Below are positions 27,666 through 37,495 of a stretch of DNA of 64,000 nt, piece after piece. Made by a program: the position numbers and the translations under genes. The stretch spans positions 17,446-81,445 of the forward strand of contig MWYV01000030.1 of the NCBI GenBank assembly GCA_002050435.1, in the 5' to 3' direction. The notes beneath the pieces were generated by a model. It did not search any database and was not told where the DNA came from. It saw nothing but the letters and a program-made list of their open reading frames with translations. The stretch's first letter is position 1; the number at the start of each line of letters is the position of its first letter. The DNA comes from Chitinophagales bacterium 33-2. GTDB taxonomy: Bacteria; Bacteroidota; Bacteroidia; Chitinophagales; Chitinophagaceae.

Positions 27666-28745
27666 TTATTCATCAGCCAAACCTGATTTATTGGCCAGTT
27701 GGCCGCATGCAGCATCAATATCTTTCCCGCGGCTCCGTCTCAGCCTGGCGTTTACCTTGTTTTTTTCCAGGTAAGCCATAAATTTTTCAACTTTCTCCTC
27801 TGAGGGCTTTTCAAATCGTGCAAATTCTATCGGATTGTATTCAATGATATTTACAAGATCTGCAGGAACCTGCCTGTAAATTTTGATCAATTCATCGGCA
27901 TCCTGTATGCTATCATTAAAATCTTTAAACAAAATGAATTCTAAAGTGATCTCGTTTTTGGTCATTTTATAAAAATGGTTCAAAGCATCCACCAGGGCAC
28001 TCAAATTATTGGTTTCATTAATGGGCATGATCTCATTTCGTTTCTTATCATTACCAGCATGAAGGGAAAGGGCCAGTTTAAAACGCACTTTATCATCACC
28101 CAGTTGCCTGATCATTTTTGCTACTCCTGCTGTTGAAACTGTAATTCTCCTGGGGCTCATGGCCAATCCATCTTCAGCCGTTATCCTTTCAATAGCTTTC
28201 AAAACATTTTTATAATTCAATAATGGTTCGCCCATTCCCATAAAAACAATGTTGGACAGCTTTTTCCCATACGTCCGTTCACTTTGCTGGTTGATCAGCA
28301 CCACCTCATCGTATATTTCATCAAAATCCAGGTTGCGTTTGCGTTCCATGTAACCCGTAGCACAAAACCTGCAACTCAGCGAACAACCAATCTGGGAGGA
28401 AACACAGGCGGTATTCCGGTTTTCTGTAGGGATCAATACACCTTCACATAAATGACCTTCATGGGTTTTAAATCGGGATTTGATCGTCCCGTCAGAACTG
28501 TATTGCGTTGCATCCAGCGCAATTACCGGAAGAAAGAAATGTTCACCAAGCAATTGCCTGGTTTCTTTGCTTAGGTTCGTCATATCTGCAAATGACTGGG
28601 CATGTTTTTGCCAAAGCCATTCCCATACCTGCCTGGCCCTGAATTTTTTTTCTCCGAGCGTTTCAAAAAACTGTTCAAGTTCTGTAAGCGATAACTGCCT
28701 GATATTCCTGTTTTTCTGAATTATATTGGCTGATTGCACACCCAT
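27666..28745 (-). CDS. rlmN: 23S rRNA (adenine2503-C2)/tRNA methyltransferase
   Basis: Radical-SAM CSLSCRFCATG, GMGEPLLN, C-terminal DIDAACGQL. ATG at 28745 (the track ORF starts at TTG 28763). Confidence 0.9.
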   Translation of the reverse strand: MGVQSANIIQKNRNIRQLSLTELEQFFETLGEKKFRARQVWEWLWQKHAQSFADMTNLSKETRQLLGEHFFLPVIALDATQYSSDGTIKSRFKTHEGHLCEGVLIPTENRNTACVSSQIGCSLSCRFCATGYMERKRNLDFDEIYDEVVLINQQSERTYGKKLSNIVFMGMGEPLLNYKNVLKAIERITAEDGLAMSPRRITVSTAGVAKMIRQLGDDKVRFKLALSLHAGNDKKRNEIMPINETNNLSALVDALNHFYKMTKNEITLEFILFKDFNDSIQDADELIKIYRQVPADLVNIIEYNPIEFARFEKPSEEKVEKFMAYLEKNKVNARLRRSRGKDIDAACGQLANKSGLADE

Positions 28746-28842
28746 GCAGCAAAGATAACCCAACCGGAAGGAGGAATTGTGCTGAAACAGTATCTTGCAA
28801 GCCTTTTAACAAGGAGCCAATCCGGAACAGTTTATTATAAGT

Positions 28843-30039
28843 ATGAGAGATGTTTTTGTTATTGATGCCATTCGCACCCCCATTGGAAAATATGGTGGCA
28901 CTTTAAGCAGGGTGCGCCCCGATGATCTACTCGCACACGTATTGAAAGAACTGCTGAAAAGAAATCCTGCTATAGATCCAGTCGACATTGAGGATGTTAT
29001 TGCAGGTGATGCTAACCAGGCAGGTGAAGATAACCGTAATGTTGCGCGTATGGCATCCCTGCTGGCAGGTTTTCCGGTAACCATTCCGGGAAATACGGTG
29101 AACAGGCTTTGTGCTTCCGGCTTGCAGGCTATTATGGATGGATCAAGGCAGATCATGTGTGAAGATGCAGAGCTGATCATTGCCTGCGGAGTTGAAAGTA
29201 TGAGCCGTGCTCCATTTGTCATGTCCAAAGCAACCGATCCGTTTCAAAGAACTACAGAAATTGTAGATACCACCCTGGGATGGAGATTTATCAATGATAA
29301 ATTAAGATCCCTGCATTACCCTTACAGTATGGGGGAAACAGCTGAAAACGTTGCGAAGCAATGGAATGTCAGCAGGGATCAGCAGGATGCTTTTGCCTTA
29401 TCATCCCAACAAAAATATTTTTCTGCCCTCGAAGCCGGAAAGTGGAACGATGAAATAATCCCTGTTGAAGTGGAAGGTGCAAAAGGTGCTGTTTCCGTTG
29501 TTCATAAGGATGAACATCCCCGACAAACGACACTGGAAAAACTGGGATCTTTAAAACCTGCCTTTGTAAAAGACGGAACCGTAACGGCAGGAAATGCTGC
29601 AGGATTAAATGATGGAGCTGCTGCCATGTTACTGGCCAGCGGAGAAGCGGTAAAAAAATACAATCTGAAACCTCTGGCAAAAATCGTTTCCATGGCTGTT
29701 GCCGGAGTGGATCCTGCCATAATGGGGATCGGGCCTGTTCCTGCTACCCAAAAGGCGTTAAGAAGGGCAAGCCTTTCGATTGCAAATATGGACCTGGTAG
29801 AGCTGAACGAGGCGTTTGCATCGCAGGTATTAGCCTGTATTCATGACCTTGGGCTCGACATAAACAGGGTGAACGTCAATGGAGGATCCATTGCACTGGG
29901 GCATCCATTAGGTTGTAGCGGCGTTAGGTTATCCACTACCCTGGTTCATGAATTGAAAAGAAGTAATTTAAAATATGGCCTGGCTACTATGTGTGTTGGG
30001 GTGGGGCAGGGCGCTGCAGTTATTTTCGAACGATGCTGA
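28843..30039 (+). CDS. acetyl-CoA C-acyltransferase (thiolase)
   Basis: Active-site NRLCASGLQA, C-terminal NVNGGSIALGHPLGCSG and CVGVGQG. Confidence 0.9.
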   Translation: MRDVFVIDAIRTPIGKYGGTLSRVRPDDLLAHVLKELLKRNPAIDPVDIEDVIAGDANQAGEDNRNVARMASLLAGFPVTIPGNTVNRLCASGLQAIMDGSRQIMCEDAELIIACGVESMSRAPFVMSKATDPFQRTTEIVDTTLGWRFINDKLRSLHYPYSMGETAENVAKQWNVSRDQQDAFALSSQQKYFSALEAGKWNDEIIPVEVEGAKGAVSVVHKDEHPRQTTLEKLGSLKPAFVKDGTVTAGNAAGLNDGAAAMLLASGEAVKKYNLKPLAKIVSMAVAGVDPAIMGIGPVPATQKALRRASLSIANMDLVELNEAFASQVLACIHDLGLDINRVNVNGGSIALGHPLGCSGVRLSTTLVHELKRSNLKYGLATMCVGVGQGAAVIFERC

Positions 30040-30070
30040 CCCTAGTATAATTTTTGAATGAAATCATCGA

Positions 30071-30538
30071 ATGAAAAAAATCCTCCTGTTCTGTATTTTA
30101 AGTTCTTTATTGGCATCCTGTTTTTTGATGAATCCTTACAGAACCGAACATTTTACATTTTCAAAAAATGGAACGGAGCATACGGTTCCATTTGTAGTCC
30201 CTAAAGGGTATAATAAAAAATGGACCTCGGTTGACGCAGCAGGAAATACGATACTGACTTATACCTATAGAAGCGGACCCGTTTTTTATCTGTCTTACAT
30301 GGCTGATACCGCTTCCGAAATGCAGCCCATTGTTTTGCAGGAAAACCTTCCACTTCAAAGCTTAACTTCAGGCGCCATCATATACAAAGGTATGGATGAG
30401 AATATGCTGTATTTCCGGGAGATCAGGCAAAACAATTACAGAATGGGATACCGGTTTGTTAATGGAGATCAGGAATATAAATTTGATTCTGCAACCAATT
30501 ATATGGTGGTCTGGCCAATAGAAAAACCTAAGCTTTAA
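30071..30538 (+). CDS. hypothetical lipoprotein
   Basis: Lipobox LLASC. No family recognised. 11-nt convergent overlap with hisS. Confidence 0.5.
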   Translation: MKKILLFCILSSLLASCFLMNPYRTEHFTFSKNGTEHTVPFVVPKGYNKKWTSVDAAGNTILTYTYRSGPVFYLSYMADTASEMQPIVLQENLPLQSLTSGAIIYKGMDENMLYFREIRQNNYRMGYRFVNGDQEYKFDSATNYMVVWPIEKPKL

Positions 30539-31952
30539 CAAGGAAATCTCCAAGTTCAGCAAAACCAATTTTATCCTGTTTGCCTGTTTTAATATTCTTA
30601 ACGGTACAGATATTTTCCTCAAGTTCAGTTGAACCAATGATTACAACGTAAGGAATATTTTTTTTCTCTGCGTATTTAAATTGTTTATCAAACTTCGCCT
30701 GTTCATGAAAAAGTTCGCAGGCAATTCCCTTTTTTCTTAATTCTTTGGCAAGGCTAAATGATGCAAGGATTTCAGCTGCTCCTAAATTAAAGAACAACAC
30801 TTTCGATCCCACTTCAACCGAATCAGGAAACAGTTGTAATTCTTCCATAACATCATAGATCCTGTCCACTCCAAAGGAGATGCCCGCCCCTGGAATTCCT
30901 TCAACACCAAATGTCCCGGTAAGGTCATCGTATCTTCCACCTCCCCCAATAGAACCTATTGTAACAGTGCTGGGCGCTTTTACTTCAAATATGACTCCGG
31001 TATAGTAATTCAGTCCTCTGGCAAGTGTAAGGTCCACAAGCAGCGTTGAGCGATCATTTGAGCTGCGCATTTTTTCGTTTACCTGGAGCAGGTATTCAAT
31101 TTCCTCAATACCTTCACCTGCCTGGCTGGAGGATGGTAAGAGTGTCTTTAAGGCAATTAATTTTTCATTATTGCTTCCTGTTAACGATAAGTATTTTTCA
31201 ATGGTGTCTATTTGATCGCTACTCAATCCTCTTTGTAACAACTCCTCCTTTACTTTATCAGGCCCAATTTTATCCAGTTTGTCAATAGCTATGGTAATGG
31301 GTGTAAGCTGGTGCTGTCCACCGCATTGTTCTGCCAGTGCAGATAGTATTTTGCGTGAATTGATCCTGATTTCACAACCCTGAATATTCAGTTTGAAAAA
31401 TACTTCCTGGTAAATAGAAATGAATTCTGCTTCATTGATCAGGGACCTGCTTCCTGCTACATCTGCATCACACTGGTAGAACTCCCTGTAACGTCCTTTC
31501 TGTGGTCTGTCGGCACGCCATACCGGCTGTATCTGGTAACGTTTGAATGGCATGACCAACACGCCATGGTTCATTGCAATAAATCTTGCAAAGGGGATGG
31601 TAAGATCATATTTTAATGCCCGCTCTGTAAGTTCCTTTACATTTTTACCCGAAAGCAGTTTTTCAAATCCTTCACGAGCCGTAACTTCTTTTGCAGGGTG
31701 GTCCAAACCATTGTTGAGAACTTTGAAAATTAATTTATCTCCTTCCTCTCCGTATTTTCCCATTAAAGTTTCCAATTGCTCCATCGCCGGTGTTTCAAGA
31801 GGCTGAAATCCATATAACTCAAAAACCGACTGAATGCTTTGAAGAATATATTGTCTTTTTCTTACTATTTCAGGTCCAAAATCCCGGGTGCCCTGTGGTA
31901 GTGAAGGTTTTACAATGTTGGTTTTTGGTTTTTGTTTTTCTTCTTTTGCCAT
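30528..31952 (-). CDS. hisS: histidine--tRNA ligase
   Basis: GTRDF, class II motifs (FKRYQIQPVWRADRPQKGRYREFYQCD, GGGRYD) and a C-terminal anticodon-binding domain. Confidence 0.95.
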   Translation of the reverse strand: MAKEEKQKPKTNIVKPSLPQGTRDFGPEIVRKRQYILQSIQSVFELYGFQPLETPAMEQLETLMGKYGEEGDKLIFKVLNNGLDHPAKEVTAREGFEKLLSGKNVKELTERALKYDLTIPFARFIAMNHGVLVMPFKRYQIQPVWRADRPQKGRYREFYQCDADVAGSRSLINEAEFISIYQEVFFKLNIQGCEIRINSRKILSALAEQCGGQHQLTPITIAIDKLDKIGPDKVKEELLQRGLSSDQIDTIEKYLSLTGSNNEKLIALKTLLPSSSQAGEGIEEIEYLLQVNEKMRSSNDRSTLLVDLTLARGLNYYTGVIFEVKAPSTVTIGSIGGGGRYDDLTGTFGVEGIPGAGISFGVDRIYDVMEELQLFPDSVEVGSKVLFFNLGAAEILASFSLAKELRKKGIACELFHEQAKFDKQFKYAEKKNIPYVVIIGSTELEENICTVKNIKTGKQDKIGFAELGDFLVKA

Positions 31953-31991
31953 TGGGCGTAAAGGTAACTGAATGAAAATTTATTAATGCGC

Positions 31992-32453
31992 TTACTGATG
32001 CTTGTATTTGCTGATAATCTGGTTACAGGTTTTTTCAATCAGTTTAAAAACTTCATGATACCCGGGTTCGGGTCCATACCAGGGGTCAGGCACCGATTGA
32101 TGCGTTCCCGGATGCAATTCATTTAAAAACAATTCCGCTTTCGCAGGATCAAATTTTTCCTTTGCAATGGCATGCATTTCTTCCAGTACATCATCTGCCA
32201 TTGCATACAGCTTATCATAATTGTCAAAATCATTCCTGGTAAATCTTCTGGCTCTTTGATCACATATATCGATATGATTCAGCCTGGCTACCTTCTGCGA
32301 TAAATGATGCGGAGCTTCACCAACATGGTATCCATTTGTTCCGGCACTATCTATCTGCCAGTTCAGTCCTTCCATTTTTGCTTTATGCTTCAGTATACCT
32401 TCAGCTAATGGACTTCTGCAAATATTCCCAAGACAAACCATCAATATTTTCAT
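31992..32453 (-). CDS. low-molecular-weight protein-tyrosine phosphatase
   Basis: MKILMVCLGNICRSP P-loop (CX5R-S). ATG at 32453. Confidence 0.85.
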   Translation of the reverse strand: MKILMVCLGNICRSPLAEGILKHKAKMEGLNWQIDSAGTNGYHVGEAPHHLSQKVARLNHIDICDQRARRFTRNDFDNYDKLYAMADDVLEEMHAIAKEKFDPAKAELFLNELHPGTHQSVPDPWYGPEPGYHEVFKLIEKTCNQIISKYKHQ

Positions 32454-32457
32454 GAAA

Positions 32458-32465
32458 TAGATTTG
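32458..32465 (+). promoter_or_regulatory. candidate -7 box (TAGATTTG) upstream of TonB paralog 1
   Basis: Matches TAnnTTTG, about 114 nt upstream of the ATG at 32579. Followed by ATTTGC-C-GCAAAT, a short palindrome. Confidence 0.25.
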
Positions 32466-32578
32466 CCGCAAATTTAGTTATTGAAGGCATTTGCATTTTA
32501 CAGGGGAAAACAATTCATTAATTAATTTAATTTCTATGGAATCATTCGGGTCGGGGCATCCAAATGAAAATTTAAACC

Positions 32579-33397
32579 ATGACCAGCAATGAATTTCTTA
32601 AAGCGGACCTGCTAGACATTGTGTTTGATCATCGTAACAAATCTTATGGTGCATACGCATTGCGAAAATCTTACGAAAAGCGGTTAGGTATTTCCCTGTT
32701 TTTTGCCATAGCATTCATAGGGGCATTGATTTTTCTGATGATTCCTGAAAAAAACAATTTGAAGTCATTCCTGCCAGTAAAACCTGATGTTATTATACGT
32801 GAACTTATCGTTCCTGTTGCACGGCCTGTTCCGCAACCCCCACTTCAAAGACAAAATACTGTTCAGAAGGCATCGCAGGCAGATTATAACAGCATCAAAT
32901 TGGTGAAGGCAGTTCATCCTTTTAAAGAAATGTTGACGATATCCGAAATGGAGCACCGGGCTATTGGTAATGTAAATTTTGATGGAACTCCGCTTACTGG
33001 TCTTCAGAATATTATTGATGATCTTCCTATAGGTATGGAAAGTGGTACAGGCCCAACCAGCCAGAATCCGGAACCAGGCAACGCATTCGTTACTGTTGAA
33101 ATGCAACCGGAATTTCCTGGTGGGAAGGCTGCGTGGTTAAATTTTTTAAGCCGGCACCTGCAGGTGCCCGGTGATCTGAATGAAGGCCAAAAGATTTCTG
33201 TAATGGTACGTTTCCTTGTAGATGCCAATGGTGATGTAAACACCTTCAGCATTCTACAATCAGGAGGAAAGGCATTTGATGCGGAAGTCATACGGGTATT
33301 AAAGAAAATGCCGAAATGGAAACCTGCAATTCAAAATGGGCGACCAGTTGCGGTATCTTTTTCGCAACCAGTAACTTTTGTAGGAGTGGAAAAGTAA
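32579..33397 (+). CDS. tonB: energy transducer TonB (paralog 1)
   Basis: N-terminus DLLDIVFDHRNKSYGAYALRK plus a TM helix. C-terminal TonB_C domain (EMQPEFPGGKAAWLNFL...KWKPAIQNGRPV). Confidence 0.8.
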   Translation: MTSNEFLKADLLDIVFDHRNKSYGAYALRKSYEKRLGISLFFAIAFIGALIFLMIPEKNNLKSFLPVKPDVIIRELIVPVARPVPQPPLQRQNTVQKASQADYNSIKLVKAVHPFKEMLTISEMEHRAIGNVNFDGTPLTGLQNIIDDLPIGMESGTGPTSQNPEPGNAFVTVEMQPEFPGGKAAWLNFLSRHLQVPGDLNEGQKISVMVRFLVDANGDVNTFSILQSGGKAFDAEVIRVLKKMPKWKPAIQNGRPVAVSFSQPVTFVGVEK

Positions 33398-33430
33398 AAA
33401 GATTTAAATTGCTCATCCCAAAATCAGTTA

Positions 33431-33667
33431 ATGATAAGAGATCAACAAAACCGACAAAGACCCGGAACCCATGGATTGAGGTCCATGATGGATATGGTTA
33501 TGGGTACGTTGATCGTATTGATTGGGGTTTATTTTCTGGTTTATGAAAAAATGGAGATCAATGTATTCAGAAAAGAGCCATCTCCTGTTCTTGATGTGGT
33601 GGTAGGCCTGGTTTTTATATTGTATGGAGGCTGGAGAATTTACAGGGGATATAAAAAGATATATTAA
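33431..33667 (+). CDS. small two-TM membrane protein, hypothetical
   Basis: 78 aa. Its stop overlaps the next gene's start as TAATG. Confidence 0.45.
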   Translation: MIRDQQNRQRPGTHGLRSMMDMVMGTLIVLIGVYFLVYEKMEINVFRKEPSPVLDVVVGLVFILYGGWRIYRGYKKIY

Positions 33668-34584
33668 TGAAGGGAGCAGTGATCTGGATATATATTTTTT
33701 CTCTTTTGATGGCATCTCCTGGTTGTAGTAACGGAAATGACGAACCGACTGATAAATTCAATTCCGGTACCATTCATATAAGTTGTGATGAGTCATTCAA
33801 GCCTGTGATCGATGCACAAATCCAGGTGTATACCGCAGATTACCCGGATGCTAATATTATTGTTCATTACAAGCCCGAAGCGGAGTGTCTCCGGGACTTT
33901 TATACCGACAGCATCCGGCTGGTGATTGCTACCCGGGGATTTACCGACGGAGAACGTGTTAAAATCCTGGATTCAACCGGTATTGGACCGGATAAATTTA
34001 CGGTTGCACGGGACGCCATTGCCGTTATTGTGCATCCCGGTGCAAAAGATTCTTTTTTTACCATCCAGGAAATCAGGGATCTGGTGACGGGAAAGCATAA
34101 AAAAAATCTAATTCCTGTGTTTGACGGTCTTAGCGCAACAAGTACGGTTCGATTTATGCTTGATTCGGTGCTGCAGGGTGAAAACTTGGGTCCAAATGTC
34201 GTGGCAGCTCAATCAAGCGAAGCTGTAATCGAATATGTTTCCAAAGTTCCAAATGCAGTAGGATTTATTGGAGTGAGCTGGGTGGCAAATAAAGAAGACA
34301 CTACCCAAAGAACTTTTTTAAAAAAAATCAGGATCGCACACCTGGAAAGTACCGATAGTTCGGATGCTTATGTTCAACCGGTTCAATATCTTATCTATAC
34401 AAATAGTTATCCATTGATCAGGGATCTGGTGTACGTAGTTAAGGAAAACCACCAGGGGCTTGGAAAAGGATTTGGGAATTTTTTAAAGAGCGAAAGAGGG
34501 CAGTTAATTTTCAGAAGAGCTTATCTTCAGCCTGTTATAAGGCCTTTCTATATTAGAAATGCTGAACTTGAAGAAGAATATTAA
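33667..34584 (+). CDS. PstS-like periplasmic substrate-binding-fold lipoprotein
   Basis: Lipobox SPGCS. PBP-like sequence (IHISCDESFKPVID...GFIGVSWV), as seen next to tonB clusters in Bacteroidota. Confidence 0.65.
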   Translation: MKGAVIWIYIFSLLMASPGCSNGNDEPTDKFNSGTIHISCDESFKPVIDAQIQVYTADYPDANIIVHYKPEAECLRDFYTDSIRLVIATRGFTDGERVKILDSTGIGPDKFTVARDAIAVIVHPGAKDSFFTIQEIRDLVTGKHKKNLIPVFDGLSATSTVRFMLDSVLQGENLGPNVVAAQSSEAVIEYVSKVPNAVGFIGVSWVANKEDTTQRTFLKKIRIAHLESTDSSDAYVQPVQYLIYTNSYPLIRDLVYVVKENHQGLGKGFGNFLKSERGQLIFRRAYLQPVIRPFYIRNAELEEEY

Positions 34585-34639
34585 CAACTAAAGAGTAAAC
34601 GTTAGCAGGAAATTTATAATCTTAAAAAAAAGTATAAAA

Positions 34640-36325
34640 ATGATGAAATCAGCTATTGTTTTATTTATTGCTGCTTTTCTGACTATTGGCGCAACAGCTC
34701 AGAATATTCAGGAAGGAGTAAATAATCTTTACGCCGAACGATACCAGAGTGCCCAGTCTGTTTTTGAAAAATTATTGGCTGCTAACCCTAACAATATTGA
34801 TGCAGTTTATTGGCTGGGTCAAACCCATATCGCTCAGAATAATATTTTGGCTGCAAAAGGGATTTATGAAAAAGCCCTTTCTACAAATGGGAATGCACCG
34901 CTTTTACTGGTTGGAATTGGACATGTTGACCTTCTTGAAGGCAGAAAGCCCGAAGCGCGTCAGCGTTTTGAGTCTGCCCTTACAGCCAGCAAGGGACGTA
35001 AAGGCAATGACCCTACTATTTTAAATTCAGTGGGTCGCGCTAATGTGAATGCCTACACAGATAAAAGCAAACTTGGAGATCTTGACTATGGAATAGCAAA
35101 ATTGAATGAAGCAGCACAGCTGGCTCCAAATAATCCAGAGATCTTCCTGAATCTCGGCAATGCCTACAGGAAAAAGCACAATGGTAGTGAAGCGGTACAG
35201 GCTTACAGGAAAGCTGTAAATTTTGCTCCAGCGCTTTACCGTACAGCCATGTTATATAAAACCCAGACCAATTACAGGCAGCCGGATGCATGGTCAGTTG
35301 TTTTGGATAACCTGAACAATGCAATCACAGCAGATCCAAGGTTTGCGCCAGCTTACGAAGAATTGTATTACTATAATCTTCTTGCAAAAAAAGATTTTGC
35401 TACAGCAGAAGGATTTGCTAATAAATACATTACAAGTTCAGATCAAAGCCCGGAAAATGATTACCTCCGCGCACAAACCCTTTTCGTACAGAATAAATTT
35501 ACCGAAGCCATTAACATTGGTAAGGATATCATTACTCAAACGAATAATAACCCAAGGCCCAGAGTTTACCGACTGATGGTATACAGTTACCTCGGTTCAA
35601 AAGATACAACAACAGCCTGTCAGTTTTCAAATGAGTTTTTTGCGAAAGCAGACGAAGAAGAGATTCTAGGACAGGATTACCTTGCGCAGGCAAGTAGCTG
35701 TGGAAAAGGAAACCCTGAACTTTTAAGATCTGCTATTATTAAAGCAGTATCCATGGACAGCGTCCTTTCCCGCCAGGTAGGAATGCTGAATGATGCTGCC
35801 AAAGATGCTAAAGCAGCAGGACAACGTTTGCTTGAAGCAGAATTGAATGTGATTTCTTACCGTTTAAGAGATACTCAGGTCAATCATACAGAGTTGATCA
35901 ATGATATTTCACTCCCCTACTTTTTTGGCGGTGATTATGAAAGAGCAGACAGCGCGGCCAAACAATATATAGCAGTTGCCCCAGACAGCATTTATGGGCA
36001 TTACTGGAGTGCACTTGCGTTGGAAAGACTGGATCCTGAAATGGAAAAAGGACTTGCAATGCCTGCTTACCAGAAGGTGCTGGATATCTCCATGATCGAC
36101 AAGGAAAGGCACAGAAGCCAGGGAGTAAGAGCAGCGCAGTTGCTGGCGATCTATAGTTTTAATATTAAAAATGATAAAACGGCAGCAATGGAGTTTACAA
36201 AAAAAGGATTGGAATTCGATCCTGAAAATGCGAACCTGCTGAATATTAAAAATACGCTTGAGGCGCAGTCAAAGTCAAACAGTACCGCTAAGCCAGCACC
36301 CAAAACACCAGTTAAGAAAGGATAA
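34640..36325 (+). CDS. tetratricopeptide-repeat protein, secreted
   Basis: Signal peptide, then multiple TPR-like units (A..Y..AL..NP.N..A...LG). Confidence 0.75.
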   Translation: MMKSAIVLFIAAFLTIGATAQNIQEGVNNLYAERYQSAQSVFEKLLAANPNNIDAVYWLGQTHIAQNNILAAKGIYEKALSTNGNAPLLLVGIGHVDLLEGRKPEARQRFESALTASKGRKGNDPTILNSVGRANVNAYTDKSKLGDLDYGIAKLNEAAQLAPNNPEIFLNLGNAYRKKHNGSEAVQAYRKAVNFAPALYRTAMLYKTQTNYRQPDAWSVVLDNLNNAITADPRFAPAYEELYYYNLLAKKDFATAEGFANKYITSSDQSPENDYLRAQTLFVQNKFTEAINIGKDIITQTNNNPRPRVYRLMVYSYLGSKDTTTACQFSNEFFAKADEEEILGQDYLAQASSCGKGNPELLRSAIIKAVSMDSVLSRQVGMLNDAAKDAKAAGQRLLEAELNVISYRLRDTQVNHTELINDISLPYFFGGDYERADSAAKQYIAVAPDSIYGHYWSALALERLDPEMEKGLAMPAYQKVLDISMIDKERHRSQGVRAAQLLAIYSFNIKNDKTAAMEFTKKGLEFDPENANLLNIKNTLEAQSKSNSTAKPAPKTPVKKG

Positions 36326-36343
36326 TCTTTTCATTAAATATGT

Positions 36344-36369
36344 AAGCCTCCTGAGTGGAGGCTTTTTTT
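36344..36369 (+). terminator. rho-independent terminator
   Basis: AAGCCTCC-TGAGT-GGAGGCTT followed by T7. Confidence 0.7.
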
Positions 36370-36417
36370 ATGCCCGAATATTAACGGGAAGATTAATGGC
36401 TGTGGCTTATTTTTGCC

Positions 36418-36425
36418 TGCCATTT
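36418..36425 (+). promoter_or_regulatory. candidate -7 box (TATTTTTG) just upstream of nuoA
   Basis: Matches TAnnTTTG but lies only 8 nt before the ATG, which would imply a near-leaderless transcript. Uncertain. Confidence 0.2.
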
Positions 36426-36432
36426 TAAACTT

Positions 36433-36843
36433 ATGATTCATTTTTTACAAGGTGATCTTATTAGAAATGTTCAGGATGTAAACTCAGCAGGGAGTTATCT
36501 GCCTGTGATCATTCAACTGTTATTTGTAGCTGGAATGATCGGCAGTTTAATGATCCTTACCCATATGCTGGGACCAAAGCGGAAAACTGCAGATAAACTG
36601 GCCACTTTTGCCAGCGGTATAGCCAGCCATGGCGAAGCCAGGGAGCCAATGGCCATCAAGTATTTTTTAGTTGCCATTCTTTTTGTTCTTTTTGATGTGG
36701 AAGTCATCTTTTTTTATCCTTATGCGGTAAACTTTAAAGCATTAGGTTGGAGTGGTTTTTGGGCTGTTCTGATGTTTGTGGGGTTCTTTTTAAGCGGATT
36801 TATTTACGTGATCAAGAAAGGCGCCCTCCAATGGGAAGATTAA
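36433..36843 (+). CDS. nuoA: NADH-quinone oxidoreductase subunit A
   Basis: LGPKRKT...FASGI...FDVEVIFFYP motifs. Confidence 0.9.
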   Translation: MIHFLQGDLIRNVQDVNSAGSYLPVIIQLLFVAGMIGSLMILTHMLGPKRKTADKLATFASGIASHGEAREPMAIKYFLVAILFVLFDVEVIFFYPYAVNFKALGWSGFWAVLMFVGFFLSGFIYVIKKGALQWED

Positions 36844-36880
36844 ATAACTGAGGTCCCTGGATCTCACTAAATTTTAAATT

Positions 36881-37465
36881 ATGGCGCGTCCGGTTTCATA
36901 TAATATTAAACAAAAGCCACTCGAAAAGGATATCAGTCTGGTTGAAATGCCAGAAGGTTACCAGGGCGAAGGTTTTTTTGCTTCAAAACTCGGTGATGTA
37001 GTAGGATTGGCGAGAAGGAATTCTATATGGCCATTGCCATTTGCCACCTCTTGTTGCGGAATTGAATTTATGGCCACCATGGCTTCTCATTATGACCTGG
37101 CCAGGTTTGGATCTGAACGTGTGGGATTTTCGCCACGTCAGTGCGATCTTTTAATGGTTATGGGAACCATCGCCAAAAAGATGGCTCCAGTAGTAAAGCA
37201 GGTTTACCTCCAAATGGCTGAGCCAAGATGGGTAATGGCCGTTGGTGCCTGTGCCTGCAGCGGAGGCATTTTTGACAGCTACAGTGTATTGCAGGGCATT
37301 GACCAGGTAGTTCCGGTTGATGTTTATGTTCCAGGTTGTCCCCCCAGACCTGAAGCGATAATCGATGGATTTATGAAGGTGCAGGACCTGGTGGGTAATG
37401 AGGAATTAAGGAGAAGGAACAGCGAGCATTACAGATTATTATTGGAAAGTTATGGTATTCAATAA
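36881..37465 (+). CDS. nuoB: NADH-quinone oxidoreductase subunit B
   Basis: SCCGIEFMA, GACA.SGG and VPGCPPRPE (N2 cluster ligands). Confidence 0.95.
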   Translation: MARPVSYNIKQKPLEKDISLVEMPEGYQGEGFFASKLGDVVGLARRNSIWPLPFATSCCGIEFMATMASHYDLARFGSERVGFSPRQCDLLMVMGTIAKKMAPVVKQVYLQMAEPRWVMAVGACACSGGIFDSYSVLQGIDQVVPVDVYVPGCPPRPEAIIDGFMKVQDLVGNEELRRRNSEHYRLLLESYGIQ

Positions 37466-37495
37466 GCTGCCGAAAGATTGACTTAAGCAATAAAC

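Noticed and set aside
36433-36510. Possible mis-called nuoA start because of a ~20-aa N-terminal extension and a -7-like box 8 nt upstream
   Set aside because: There is no alternative in-frame ATG, GTG or TTG before the first TM helix, so 36433 is kept. The promoter-like box is left as low confidence.
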